Notes: generated by a model from the letters alone, not told the origin. 32,000 bases of DNA from Kiritimatiella glycovorans (GCF_001017655.1 NZ_CP010904.1:1170001-1202000), one strand, 5' to 3'. Shown: positions 9,669 to 19,400, counted from the stretch's first letter. Numbers and translations: made by a program.

Positions 9669-12600
9669 TCACATTTCCAGCAGTTCCTTCACATCATCCC
9701 AGTTCAGCGTCTCCCCGCTTTCCTCCTGCTGTTCGAGGGTCGCGTCGATAATCTTCTGCTTGCGCTCCTGCATGGCCAGGACCTTCTCTTCGACGCTGTT
9801 TTTCGTGATCAGTTTGACGTCGTAGACCGTGCGGGTCTGGCCGATGCGGTAGGCGCGATCGGTGGCTTGGTTTTCGACGGCGGGGTTCCACCAGGGATCG
9901 AAGTGAATGACCGTGTCGGCTCCGGTGAGATTGAGCCCCGTCCCTCCGGCCTTGAGGCTGATCAGGAAGACCGGGATCGAGCGGTCGGTATTGAAACGGC
10001 GAACGATCGTCATCCGATCCTTCGTGGAGCCGTCGAGATAACAGTATTCGAGCTTCCGGTCCTCCAGTTCCCGGCGCAGTATCGCGAGCATCGAGGTGAA
10101 CTGGCTGAAGACGAGGACACGGTGTTCTCCGTCGAGCGCCTCGTCGAGCATCTCGAAGAAGAGATCCATTTTCCCGGAGGGTGCCTTCGCGTCGAGATTG
10201 CTGAGCTTGAGCAGATCGAGATGGCAGCAGGTCTGCCGGAGGCGCAGCAGCATCTGGAAGATCTGCATCCGGGACCGCTGGAACCCCTGGTCGGCCACGA
10301 GCTTTTCCGCCCGTTTTTTGGACTGCTCCAGGAGCTGTCGGTACACCACCTGCTGGTCCGGCGTGAAGTGGCAGTGCGCCACCTTCTGAATCTTGGGGGG
10401 CAGATCGGAGGCGACGTCACGCTTCATCCGGCGCAGCAGGAACGGGTGGATCTTGCGCCGCAGCCTGATCTGCGCCTCGTCCGCCTCGGCGCCGCCACGG
10501 GCGATCGGTTTTTCGAAGTCCTCGCGGAAGATTTTATGCGGGCCGAGGTAGCCGGGCATGAGGAAATCCATGATCGACCACAGGTCGGAGACGCTGTTCT
10601 CGAGCGGCGTGCCGGTGAGCACCAGGCGGTGGTGGGCGCGGATCTTTTTGGCGGCGATGGCGTTGCGCGTGTTGCGGTTCTTGATGTGCTGGGCCTCGTC
10701 GAGAATCGCAATCGAGAAGTCGTGCTCGAGATAGCGGTCGATATCGCGCCGCAGCAGGGCGTAGGAGGTAATGACGAGGTCATGATCCGTTAACGACGGA
10801 AAGCGATCGTGGCGCTCCGGACCGGTCAGGTTGAGCGGTTTCAGGTCCGGCGTGAACCGTTGCGCCTCCTCTTCCCAGTTCTCGACCAGGCTCGTAGGGC
10901 AGACCACCAGCGCCGGCCCGCCGCGGGCCTCCTCACGGTCCCGTTCCAGCCGCATCCAGGCGAGGGCCTCGACCGTTTTTCCGAGGCCCATCTCGTCGGC
11001 GAGGATGCCCGCGCAGCCGGTCTGTTCGAGGAAGCGCAGCCACGACACTCCGGTGCGCTGGTAATCGCGCAGCACCCCTTCGAGTTCCCCGGGCAGTTCG
11101 ACCGGCTCCATGCGCACATCCCGGTTCTGCCGGCGCGCGCGGTCCAGCCAGTCGGGCGTCGACTGCACGCCGACGCCCTCCAGAGAATCGAGCGAGGACT
11201 GCACATAGCCGGTGTAAAGCCCGTCGAGACGGAACGTGCCCGGCCGATTGCCGTCGCGGGCGCGGCACTCCGAAAAGACGCCGTACATCGATTCGATCGC
11301 GTCGGCGTCGAGCAGAATGGTCTGGTCGCCGCGCTGGACGTAGGCCTCCCCCTTGCGCAGGGCCTCCTGGACCTCCGACGAGGAAATGCTCGCCCCGCGG
11401 TCGCCGGCGAATTCGATCCCGATTTCAAACCAGCCGCCGGAATCGTCGCGTATGTCGATCGAGGGCGTGACCCGTTCGGTCGTGTTCATGGTTTCGGACA
11501 CCGGGCCCTCCAGTTCGATGCTCCAGCCCTTGCGCCGTATGTGGGGAAGGTCGCGCGCGAAGAAATTGAGCACTTCCCGGCGCCCTTCGATCGACCCCAG
11601 GCCGTCGCCGGCTTCTCCTTCGAAACCGAAGCCGGCGAGCAGGTCGAGCGCATCGCTCTCGCCGTGTTCGTTGCGCACCGTGTAGCGAAGCATGTCCTCG
11701 GGATCCGGATGCGCGAAGTGACCTTCCGGCGCGGCGCGGCCCGCCACGAGGCGGAGGTCGCCGTAGAGCGCGTAGAGCTTCGCGGTGACCGCTCCGGGGC
11801 TTCCTTTGACCACGAGATGGAACGCGGCGGCCTCGGGATCGAAGGTGAACTGATCCTCCGAGATATCCTCGATCACCGGAATGTGGTTTCTGAGCATCGG
11901 CAGTTCACGCCGGAAAAAGGCGGGCACCGACTCGCGCGGGATCCGGATCGGTTCTTTATAGATGGAATGCAGCGGTGGAGGGAGCACGTGGGAGAGCGGA
12001 TGGAAACAGCCGCGGGCAAAGAGCCAGCCGCGCGTTCCCGAGATGATGTAGACCGGAATTTCGCTTTCCGCGCCCTCCGGCAGTTCGGCGTAGATCGAGA
12101 CCTCCAGCTCGCCGCTGTGCGGATCGAGTCCGATGCGGAGCGAAGACGGTACGGGATCGCAGGCTCTGGTGATCCTGCCGTTGCCGCCCTCAAGCCTCAG
12201 CGGCGGATCGGTATCGAGTTCGAGCAGATTGATCAGGTCCGCGGCGCTGACCCCGATATCGCGCCGCGCCGGCCCTTCGCAGATGTCCTCGATCACGTAG
12301 AGCAGGTTCTGTTCGTCCCGGCTGAAGGCGAGGGGAGGGGAAGCGGGTATCTCCTCCGGGGCGCGGGGTGGGGCGTCCTCGATCGAGACCTCGCAGCGCA
12401 GGGGAATGGGGCCGTTGCGGTCCGGTGCGGTCCAGTTCCGCAACAGGGTGAGGTGCAGCCGGGCCCGGCGGGCACCGGGCGTGCCCGGGTCGACGCGGGG
12501 AAGGTAATCCTCTTCACTGTAGCGCGCCATGCGCTCGGCCCGCCGCTGCTCCTCCTCGGCCCGCCGCCGGCGGTCCGGATCCGAGTTCCGCCTCAGCAGG

Positions 12601-12878
12601 GCCAGCCCCAGTGCGATGACATGGGTGCAGATGACCCCCTGTTCCTGGTTGGCCCGGCAGGGACAGTGATTCTCGATCAGCCCGTCGGGCAGCAGTTCGA
12701 ACTTGCACCGAAGTCCGCGCGAACCGATGCCCAGCACGCCGTAAACGTACGGCGGGTCGTAGTGGACCCGCTCGACGCGGTTGTTGTCGAAGAGCATCCA
12801 GGCGTCCCTGAACGTCCGGGGACCGGCCCACTCGCGCAGCATTTTCTGTGTGAAAGGCAGATTCATGGCGTTATACAA
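9669..12878 (-). CDS. SNF2-family helicase/ATPase with an N-terminal SWIM zinc finger
   Basis: 1069 aa. SWIM CxC...CxH signature (CPCRANQEQGVICTHV). SNF2 motifs LADEMGLGKT, DEAQHIKN, LTGTPLEN. Helicase C motifs (SLKAGGTGLNLT, QATDRAYRIGQ). Confidence 0.9.
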   Translation of the reverse strand: MYNAMNLPFTQKMLREWAGPRTFRDAWMLFDNNRVERVHYDPPYVYGVLGIGSRGLRCKFELLPDGLIENHCPCRANQEQGVICTHVIALGLALLRRNSDPDRRRRAEEEQRRAERMARYSEEDYLPRVDPGTPGARRARLHLTLLRNWTAPDRNGPIPLRCEVSIEDAPPRAPEEIPASPPLAFSRDEQNLLYVIEDICEGPARRDIGVSAADLINLLELDTDPPLRLEGGNGRITRACDPVPSSLRIGLDPHSGELEVSIYAELPEGAESEIPVYIISGTRGWLFARGCFHPLSHVLPPPLHSIYKEPIRIPRESVPAFFRRELPMLRNHIPVIEDISEDQFTFDPEAAAFHLVVKGSPGAVTAKLYALYGDLRLVAGRAAPEGHFAHPDPEDMLRYTVRNEHGESDALDLLAGFGFEGEAGDGLGSIEGRREVLNFFARDLPHIRRKGWSIELEGPVSETMNTTERVTPSIDIRDDSGGWFEIGIEFAGDRGASISSSEVQEALRKGEAYVQRGDQTILLDADAIESMYGVFSECRARDGNRPGTFRLDGLYTGYVQSSLDSLEGVGVQSTPDWLDRARRQNRDVRMEPVELPGELEGVLRDYQRTGVSWLRFLEQTGCAGILADEMGLGKTVEALAWMRLERDREEARGGPALVVCPTSLVENWEEEAQRFTPDLKPLNLTGPERHDRFPSLTDHDLVITSYALLRRDIDRYLEHDFSIAILDEAQHIKNRNTRNAIAAKKIRAHHRLVLTGTPLENSVSDLWSIMDFLMPGYLGPHKIFREDFEKPIARGGAEADEAQIRLRRKIHPFLLRRMKRDVASDLPPKIQKVAHCHFTPDQQVVYRQLLEQSKKRAEKLVADQGFQRSRMQIFQMLLRLRQTCCHLDLLKLSNLDAKAPSGKMDLFFEMLDEALDGEHRVLVFSQFTSMLAILRRELEDRKLEYCYLDGSTKDRMTIVRRFNTDRSIPVFLISLKAGGTGLNLTGADTVIHFDPWWNPAVENQATDRAYRIGQTRTVYDVKLITKNSVEEKVLAMQERKQKIIDATLEQQEESGETLNWDDVKELLEM

Positions 12879-12956
12879 TCAGGGCAGGTTACGAAATCGC
12901 GGGAGGGCCTCCCAGAATTAATTCATTAAAATAGGGGCGTCCCGCCCCCCTCGCGC

Positions 12957-12985
12957 TTGACAAATCAAGTCTTCAAACCGATGAT
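12957..12985 (+). promoter_or_regulatory. possible sigma70-like promoter very close to the TPR gene start
   Basis: TTGACA (12957-12962), 17-nt spacer, GATGAT (12980-12985), and an AT-rich tract upstream. The ATG at 12994 would leave almost no leader. Confidence 0.25.
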
Positions 12986-12993
12986 CGCCGGCT

Positions 12994-14289
12994 ATGAAAT
13001 GGTTCCGCAAAAAGCGCGGGAATGACGGGGACGACCCGGATTCCCGATCAAAGGATGAGGCCGGTCAGAACCCGCAAGACGGGCTCTACGGGGGCGGCCC
13101 CAAGTACCGCACCCTTCAGGAGGAGATGACCGGACACAAGCGCAGGTCGTCGTACGAGCGTCGCGCCCATTCCCGTCACAGTAAGGAAAAGGTGGATCGC
13201 GACGAACAGGAGCGGAACGTGATCCCGCTGCTGTTCCTGTTTAAATGGGCCTGTCTCGCCGCCATCGTCATCGCGGGACTGTGGACGCTCAAATCCTACC
13301 TCGCCTCCGGGAACATGCGCCTGAGCGAAGAGCTGCAGGAGACGCAGGCTCAGCTCGAACGGCTGAAGAAGCGCAGCGCGGGCGAGGCCCCGGTCTTCGA
13401 TATCTCGCGCACGGACCAGATGCCGTTCATGATCAAGAAGTGGAAGGATGCCGACGCGGCCACCCGATCCGCGGTGAACCTGCTCCGGTGGGAAGGTCGC
13501 AAGGAGGCGGAACAGCGGCTGCGCGACGCGCTGGAGGCGGACCCCGGACACCAGGAGGCGCGGGTCATGATGGCGCGGATGGCCATGCAGAACGAGGAGC
13601 ACCTCCGTGCCGTGGACCTGCTGGTCCCGGCCCTGAACACCGATCCGGATCGGCGGGAACTGCGGCTCATGCTCGCGAGTGCGCTCGAGAACGCGCATGA
13701 ATTCGAGGCTGCCCGGTACGTCGCCGAGTGGATAACCACGGATGAACCGCACAACATTGAGGCCCTGGAAATCGCGGCCCGCGTCCGCTTTCAACTCGGA
13801 GACCTGGACAAGGCGCTGGAGCACTACGAAACCATCCTGAAGGTCAATTCAGGCCATATCGAGGCCCTGAACGGCATGGCCAATATCTACTACCAGAAGG
13901 AAGAGTACAAAAAGGCGATCCCTCGCTATACGCGGCTGATGGAACTGCAGCCGGATGAATGGCGCCACTACTACCGCGCCGCCGTCTGTAATGCCCAGAT
14001 GGAGAAACCGGTGCAGTCGGTCATCGCCCTCGAACTCGCTTCCTCCAACTTCGGCGATGCCCGGGTCATCGCATGGCTCGGCGTGGACGAGTTCAACCCG
14101 ATCCGCGAAAGCCACCTGTTCCAGGGTTTCGCCCAGCGTATGGTCCAGGGCTCCAAGGCGGGCGAGATGGCTTCGGCCGAAGAGGCGCAGAAGAAAAAGA
14201 AGAAAGTCATCGAGACGCCCAAGTCGATGAAAGAACTGGAATTCGGCATGAAGGCCTTCGAGGATCAGCTGTTCGAAGAGACCGAATGA
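12994..14289 (+). CDS. membrane-anchored TPR-repeat protein
   Basis: 431 aa. Charged N-terminus, one TM segment (IPLLFLFKWACLAAIVIAGLW), a coiled-coil-like stretch, then several TPR-like repeats. High GC3. Confidence 0.75.
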   Translation: MKWFRKKRGNDGDDPDSRSKDEAGQNPQDGLYGGGPKYRTLQEEMTGHKRRSSYERRAHSRHSKEKVDRDEQERNVIPLLFLFKWACLAAIVIAGLWTLKSYLASGNMRLSEELQETQAQLERLKKRSAGEAPVFDISRTDQMPFMIKKWKDADAATRSAVNLLRWEGRKEAEQRLRDALEADPGHQEARVMMARMAMQNEEHLRAVDLLVPALNTDPDRRELRLMLASALENAHEFEAARYVAEWITTDEPHNIEALEIAARVRFQLGDLDKALEHYETILKVNSGHIEALNGMANIYYQKEEYKKAIPRYTRLMELQPDEWRHYYRAAVCNAQMEKPVQSVIALELASSNFGDARVIAWLGVDEFNPIRESHLFQGFAQRMVQGSKAGEMASAEEAQKKKKKVIETPKSMKELEFGMKAFEDQLFEETE

Positions 14290-14345
14290 TGAGTCTTCAC
14301 GGCTTTTTATCGTAATCCGAAGTTATCATCAGCCTCTCCCCTTCC

Positions 14346-14447
14346 TGTGAATAACCTGTAAACGGCTTGTAATCCAGACCGTAAAGTCTTCCTCTCGAGC
14401 GAGTTAAACGCGGAAGACCCGAAACTCCGACCTCTCGGTTATTCACA
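14346..14447. other. nested inverted-repeat structure upstream of comEC
   Basis: 11-bp perfect inverted repeat tgtgaataacc/ggttattcaca (14346-14356 / 14437-14447) encloses a 7-bp stem gtcttcc/ggaagac (14386-14392 / 14412-14418). Confidence 0.3.
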
Positions 14448-14522
14448 AGTCTCACCCGTTCTGTGCGCAAAACCCTGAATTCATCGAAGTCGGTCCCCGC
14501 CTTTTCTACTCCTGATAGGATT

Positions 14523-15830
14523 ATGAGCAGGATTGTGATTTCGAACCCGACCCATCACGCTGTCGCGCGAAGACCGCTGGCGGGTCTTACGATCAGTTTC
14601 ATCTCCGGCCTCTGGCTGGCATCCGTCCTGACCGTGCCGATCTGCGTATGCTGCGTCGCAGGGGCGCTTCTGCTGCTGGCTGCGCTCAGACTGCCCGCCG
14701 CGGCGGCGAACGCCGCGCTGGCGCTGGCCGTGATCTGCGTCGCTATGGCGCGAGGCGGAATGGAGCGCGAGAATCGGCCGGAGTTGCTTCACGGTGCGTA
14801 CTGGAGCAGGGGGCGCCGGGCAGAGCCCGGTCCGCCTGCGGCCGGAATCCGGGAGGGGGCGGCGGAAATACTCCGCCTCGGGCTGGAACCGCATCATGAC
14901 GAACACGTGCTGCTGCAGGCCCTGCTTCTCGGCAAACGGGACGGGCTGGGACGCGATCGGCTGCGGGTGTATGAGAGGACGGGCACGAGGCATATCTTTG
15001 CCCTGTCGGGGCTGCATACGGGACTTCTCTCCCTGCTGTTCATCACGCTGCTGCGCAGCGCGGGGGTGGGGCGGAAGCACTGGATCTTCCTGCTCGCGCC
15101 TCTGCTCGCCGGGTTTCTCGCCGTCACGGGCGTGAGGCCCAGCGCCTCCCGGGCCGCGCTGATGGCCCTTCTGTACTGGGGCGCACCCGCCCTGCGGAGA
15201 AGACCGGATCCGTGGTCCGCGGTGGCCCTCGCGGCGATGATTGTGCTCATGGTCGATCCCGGACAGCTCGGTTCGCCGGGGTTCATCCTCTCGTTTGTGG
15301 CGGTGACCGGAATACTCGCGTGCACCGGAAGATTGAACGAAGCGTTCAGACGATCCGGCATCGCTGACTCATTCAGGTACGTGCCGGGCGCGGTCACGCT
15401 CCTGAGCGTGTCGCTTGGAGCCTGGATCGCGCTGGCTCCCTTCTGCGCAGCCTTTTTCGGTCGACTCTGTCCCGCGGCCCCGCTGATCAATACCTGCATC
15501 CTGCCCGTGATTACGCTCGTGGTACTCGCGGGGGTGTTATCGCTGACGCTGGGCTGGTTCTGGCCCCTGTGGGCGGAGGTGTACAATCACGCGGCCGGGG
15601 TGCTGATCGGCGCGGTGGACCACCTGCTCGCCCGGGCGGCGGAAATGCCCGGGATCTGCTGTGCGGTGGCTCCGCCGTCTGCGACGGATGCGCTGCTCTG
15701 GTATTCGGGCTGGGGGATGGCGCTTTTCGCATCCCGGCCCGCCGTGCGCAGGCAGGGGGCCGGTCTGGTCATGCTGGCCGTGGTTGCAACCGCGATACGC
15801 GGCCTCCTGGGTCGGATGGCGATTGCGTGA
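14523..15830 (+). CDS. ComEC/Rec2 family protein (membrane competence domain only)
   Basis: ALLLGKRDGL...YERTGTRHIFALSGLHTGLL motif region and many TM segments. Start is ATG 14523, or GTG 14463. No C-terminal metallo-beta-lactamase domain is present. Confidence 0.8.
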   Translation: MSRIVISNPTHHAVARRPLAGLTISFISGLWLASVLTVPICVCCVAGALLLLAALRLPAAAANAALALAVICVAMARGGMERENRPELLHGAYWSRGRRAEPGPPAAGIREGAAEILRLGLEPHHDEHVLLQALLLGKRDGLGRDRLRVYERTGTRHIFALSGLHTGLLSLLFITLLRSAGVGRKHWIFLLAPLLAGFLAVTGVRPSASRAALMALLYWGAPALRRRPDPWSAVALAAMIVLMVDPGQLGSPGFILSFVAVTGILACTGRLNEAFRRSGIADSFRYVPGAVTLLSVSLGAWIALAPFCAAFFGRLCPAAPLINTCILPVITLVVLAGVLSLTLGWFWPLWAEVYNHAAGVLIGAVDHLLARAAEMPGICCAVAPPSATDALLWYSGWGMALFASRPAVRRQGAGLVMLAVVATAIRGLLGRMAIA

Positions 15831-15841
15831 TGAGCCGGACC

Positions 15842-16945
15842 TCAATCCTCCTGCATGGAGAGGTCGTTCATGTCCATCTGCGACAGGAGCTTCTGGAATT
15901 CCGTACTGTCGCGGATCACATCGAAGTCGTCCTTGGACATCCAGCCGAGGGCGTAACTGGAATCGACCAGCTGGATGCCGCGCTTGAGCGCGTCCACGGC
16001 CACGTTATGATTGCCAAGCTGGATCTCGACCTGCGCGCGGAGAAAATACAGAGGGGCCACTTCGGGAAGCTTCTCGTTCAACCCTCGCAAAATGGCGGCC
16101 GCCTTCTTCCAGCGCCCTTCGGAGGTCAGGTAAAGGGCATAAACCTGCGTGGTATCCAGATCGCCGGGATTCAACTGAAGGTAACGTTCAAAATAGGTGA
16201 TGCTCTCCTCCGGCTGCTTCATCCGGCGGTACAGCAGCGCCAGGTTCTTATAGGACTCGGCGTAGTCCTTGCGGAGATCGAGCGCCTTCTTGAGATAGAA
16301 CTCGGCCTTTTCATATTGGCCGGCCCCCATGCAGGCGGCCCCGATATTGTTGGCGAGCCGGTATGTGAGCTGCCCGGATTCGGCCGCGCGCTCAAAGGCC
16401 GTCACCGCCCGGTCGTAATCCCGCTGCTGCAGGTAGATGTTCCCCAGCGGCTGGTTGAGGCCCCGGAGTTCGGGAAAGATCTTCTGCGCCTTGCTGAAGT
16501 GCTCCTCGGCGGCCGCCGTCTTCTGCATCTGAAAGGCCTGTTCCCCCATGATGACATGATAGGCGGCGCGCTTGAGCCAGTGCACGTCGAAGGGGCAGTT
16601 CGTGCCGATCTCTTCGAACAGATTGAGATCGCTCTCGTAGTCGAGTACCCAGTCCGTGCCCAGCGACAGCCCGTAGCGCGGGACTTTGTTCTGCGGCGTG
16701 CGGAGCTGCGAGGCCCGGTAATCCGCGCTCTGCATCCGGTTCTGAAGGTAGTTGTCGATCAGCAGCCAGACGACGGCAACGATGAACGCAAAGACGACCA
16801 GACCGAGAAAGAACGACCAGAACCGGCTCTTGAGGTAATCCTTCCGCCACTGCTGGGGAAGTTCCCGGTCGCGCCCCGCGGACGGCGGACCCGGCTCATG
16901 CCCCGAACTGGCCCCCGAATAGATATCACCTTCTTTTTTCTGCAT
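15842..16945 (-). CDS. membrane-anchored TPR-repeat protein
   Basis: 367 aa. N-terminal TM (FWSFFLGLVVFAFIVAVVWLLI) followed by TPR repeats (GNIYLQQRDYDRAVTAFERA..., YKNLALLYRRMKQPEESITYFERYLQLNP). Confidence 0.75.
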   Translation of the reverse strand: MQKKEGDIYSGASSGHEPGPPSAGRDRELPQQWRKDYLKSRFWSFFLGLVVFAFIVAVVWLLIDNYLQNRMQSADYRASQLRTPQNKVPRYGLSLGTDWVLDYESDLNLFEEIGTNCPFDVHWLKRAAYHVIMGEQAFQMQKTAAAEEHFSKAQKIFPELRGLNQPLGNIYLQQRDYDRAVTAFERAAESGQLTYRLANNIGAACMGAGQYEKAEFYLKKALDLRKDYAESYKNLALLYRRMKQPEESITYFERYLQLNPGDLDTTQVYALYLTSEGRWKKAAAILRGLNEKLPEVAPLYFLRAQVEIQLGNHNVAVDALKRGIQLVDSSYALGWMSKDDFDVIRDSTEFQKLLSQMDMNDLSMQED

Positions 16946-17073
16946 ATCGAATCAGATCAACCGTTGGACAAGCGGACATGCGCGCAAACGGTCGCGCGGC
17001 ATGGCCTCAATTCGTTCTCGATCGGTATTGCGTCACACTCACGATGAAATACTATGCCTCAGCAGGGGGGGGT

Positions 17074-18312
17074 ATGCACAAGAAAAGACGTAAACTATTC
17101 ATTCTTTCGGGACTGCTGCTGATCGGGGGGGGCACGAGTGCCGCGGAGGACCCCGGCCGAAGCGGGGACGATCGGCCGTACGGCCCCATGGCCAAGTTCA
17201 CCGCGGTGCTCGAGCAGGTCAGACATCACTACGTAACCACCAACGAATTGCGGTACGAGGAACTGGTGACGCACGCCCTGGACGGGATGCTTCAGGCGCT
17301 GGACCCCTACAGCCGCTACATGGAGGACGACGAATACACCCGCATGAAAGACGACATGGAGGGCCGTTTCGGCGGGGTGGGGGTGGTGATCAGTTCGCGC
17401 GAGGGCATGCTGACGATCGTGGCCCCCATCGAGGATACCCCCGCGTTCGAGGCGGGTCTTCTGCCCGGCGACCGGATCGTGGCCATCGACGGGGACCCGG
17501 TTGAAGGGGTCTCTCTCGATGAGGCGTCCTCGCTGCTCCGGGGCGAGCCCGGAACCCCCGTGAAGCTCAAGGTGTATCGTCCGGAGAACGAAAGCCATCT
17601 CTCGATCGAGATCGTCCGCGACGAAATCGAAGTGAGCAGCGTCAAGGACGCGGCGATGGCGGAGGAGGGGATCGCCTACGTCCGCCTGACCCAGTTTGAC
17701 GAACCGGCGGCGGAGCGGCTGCGGGAAGAACTGCGTACGCTTCGCGACGAGGGCATGAAGGCCCTGGTCCTCGATCTGCGCGGCAATCCCGGCGGATTGC
17801 TCCGCTCCGCGGTCACGGTGAGCGAACTTTTTCTGGACCGGGGCGATGACGTGGTGCGCGTCCGCGGCCGCCGCGAGGAAGAGGAGGAAACGTACCGGAT
17901 CACGCGGCGGCCGGAGTATCCGGACATGCCGATGGCGGTATTGATCAACGGCGGGTCGGCGAGCGCTTCGGAAATCGTCGCCGGCGCGCTGCAGGATCAC
18001 GACCGCGCCGTCCTCATCGGCGCTCCCAGCTTCGGGAAAGGTTCCGTGCAGTCCCTGCTCCCGCTCGATGACGGTTCGGCCCTGCGGCTTACCACGGCCC
18101 TGTACTATACGCCCTCCAACCGCTGCATCCATGAAGTCGGGTTGACGCCGGATATCGAGGTGCCCATGGAGGCCGGGACGTGGCGGCGGATAAGAATGGC
18201 GCACCTGCAGGAAGCGGAGGGAGGAGAACCGGACGCTCCCGCCGACCTTCAGATGGAACGCGCGCTGGGCGTGCTGAAGGGCATCCTCATCGACCGCGGG
18301 AGGGCGCACTGA
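17074..18312 (+). CDS. ctpA: S41 family carboxyl-terminal processing peptidase
   Basis: Signal-like N-terminus MHKKRRKLFILSGLLLIGG, a PDZ region (GLLPGDRIVAIDGDPV), and DLRGNPGG and SASASEI catalytic-region motifs. The ATG at 17044 is an alternative start. Confidence 0.87.
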   Translation: MHKKRRKLFILSGLLLIGGGTSAAEDPGRSGDDRPYGPMAKFTAVLEQVRHHYVTTNELRYEELVTHALDGMLQALDPYSRYMEDDEYTRMKDDMEGRFGGVGVVISSREGMLTIVAPIEDTPAFEAGLLPGDRIVAIDGDPVEGVSLDEASSLLRGEPGTPVKLKVYRPENESHLSIEIVRDEIEVSSVKDAAMAEEGIAYVRLTQFDEPAAERLREELRTLRDEGMKALVLDLRGNPGGLLRSAVTVSELFLDRGDDVVRVRGRREEEEETYRITRRPEYPDMPMAVLINGGSASASEIVAGALQDHDRAVLIGAPSFGKGSVQSLLPLDDGSALRLTTALYYTPSNRCIHEVGLTPDIEVPMEAGTWRRIRMAHLQEAEGGEPDAPADLQMERALGVLKGILIDRGRAH

Positions 18313-18314
18313 TC

Positions 18315-19358
18315 ATGCGTATGCTGGCTATCGAGACCTCCTGCGACGAAACCGCGGCCTCCGTGGCCGCAACCGGGCCGCGCATCCTGTCCTCGGCCGT
18401 GTACTCCCAGATCGACCGCCACCGCCCGTACGGGGGGGTGGTGCCCGAGATCGCCTCCCGCGATCATCTCCGGAAACTGCCCTCGATCCTCGAACAGGCG
18501 CTCCGGGACGCGGACTGCGGGTGGGGGGATATCGATGCGCTGGCCGTAACGCGCGGGCCGGGTCTGGCGAGTTCACTGCTCGTGGGGCTGTCCGCGGCCT
18601 GGGGACTGAAGCTCCGGCTCGGTGTTCCGCTCTACGGCGTCAATCATCTCGAGGCCCACCTGCTGTCAACGTTCCTCCCTGAAAACGCGCCCGATCCGGA
18701 AGAGGCCTGCCCGATGCTCACCCTGCTGGTCTCCGGAGGCCACACCGCGCTGGTCCGTGTGGACGGGCCGGGGGCCTATCGCGTCCTGGGCCGGACGCTG
18801 GATGACGCGGCGGGCGAGGCGCTCGACAAGGGCGCCACGCTCATGGGGCTCGGGTATCCCGGAGGGCCCGCCATCGAGCGGGCGGCCCGGGGCGGGGACC
18901 CCCACGCACTGGCGTTTCCCCTGGGGCGGGGCGGGGAGCGATCTCAGCCCTCCGGTTCGCTGGACCCGCGCCTCTGTTTCAGTTTCAGCGGACTGAAGAC
19001 TTCGCTCCTCTACCGGCTTCGGGACGATCCCGGACTGGCCCGCGGAGACGCATTGAAAGACCTCGCCGCCAGCTACGAATATGCGGTGTGCGAGGCGCTG
19101 GCGCTCCGGGTCGAGCGCGCCTGCCGCGAGCCCTCGATCCGGAGCCTCGCCTGCTCCGGCGGCGTCGCGCGCAACCGGCGCCTGCGGGCGCGCCTGGAAC
19201 AGATCGCCGCCGAAGCAGGACGGCCCGTCTGTCACGCCCCTCCGGAATACTGCACGGATAACGCCGCCATGATCGCCGGCGCCGCGCTCAGCGGAATCGA
19301 ACGCGACGCCGCCGTGCGGGATCCGCAGGATATCGATCCCGTTCTGGGCGTGGAATGA
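18315..19358 (+). CDS. tsaD: tRNA N6-adenosine threonylcarbamoyltransferase
   Basis: MRMLAIETSCDETAASV..., GVNHLEAHL and LLVSGGHT motifs. The start lies 3 nt after the ctpA stop. Confidence 0.93.
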   Translation: MRMLAIETSCDETAASVAATGPRILSSAVYSQIDRHRPYGGVVPEIASRDHLRKLPSILEQALRDADCGWGDIDALAVTRGPGLASSLLVGLSAAWGLKLRLGVPLYGVNHLEAHLLSTFLPENAPDPEEACPMLTLLVSGGHTALVRVDGPGAYRVLGRTLDDAAGEALDKGATLMGLGYPGGPAIERAARGGDPHALAFPLGRGGERSQPSGSLDPRLCFSFSGLKTSLLYRLRDDPGLARGDALKDLAASYEYAVCEALALRVERACREPSIRSLACSGGVARNRRLRARLEQIAAEAGRPVCHAPPEYCTDNAAMIAGAALSGIERDAAVRDPQDIDPVLGVE

Positions 19359-19400
19359 TTGCGCATCCGGGATTCAGTTCGGCTGTAAAACAGAATTCCT

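Noticed and set aside
10809-12929. 706-aa plus-strand ORF (and 9867..10793, 308 aa)
   Set aside because: Both are antisense to the SNF2 helicase, whose motifs are unambiguous, and their composition is typical of shadow ORFs.
12994-16945. TPR-comEC-TPR as a dedicated competence or novel uptake system
   Set aside because: There are no pilus, ComEA or DprA genes nearby, and TPR proteins are generic. I kept it only as a low-interest observation.
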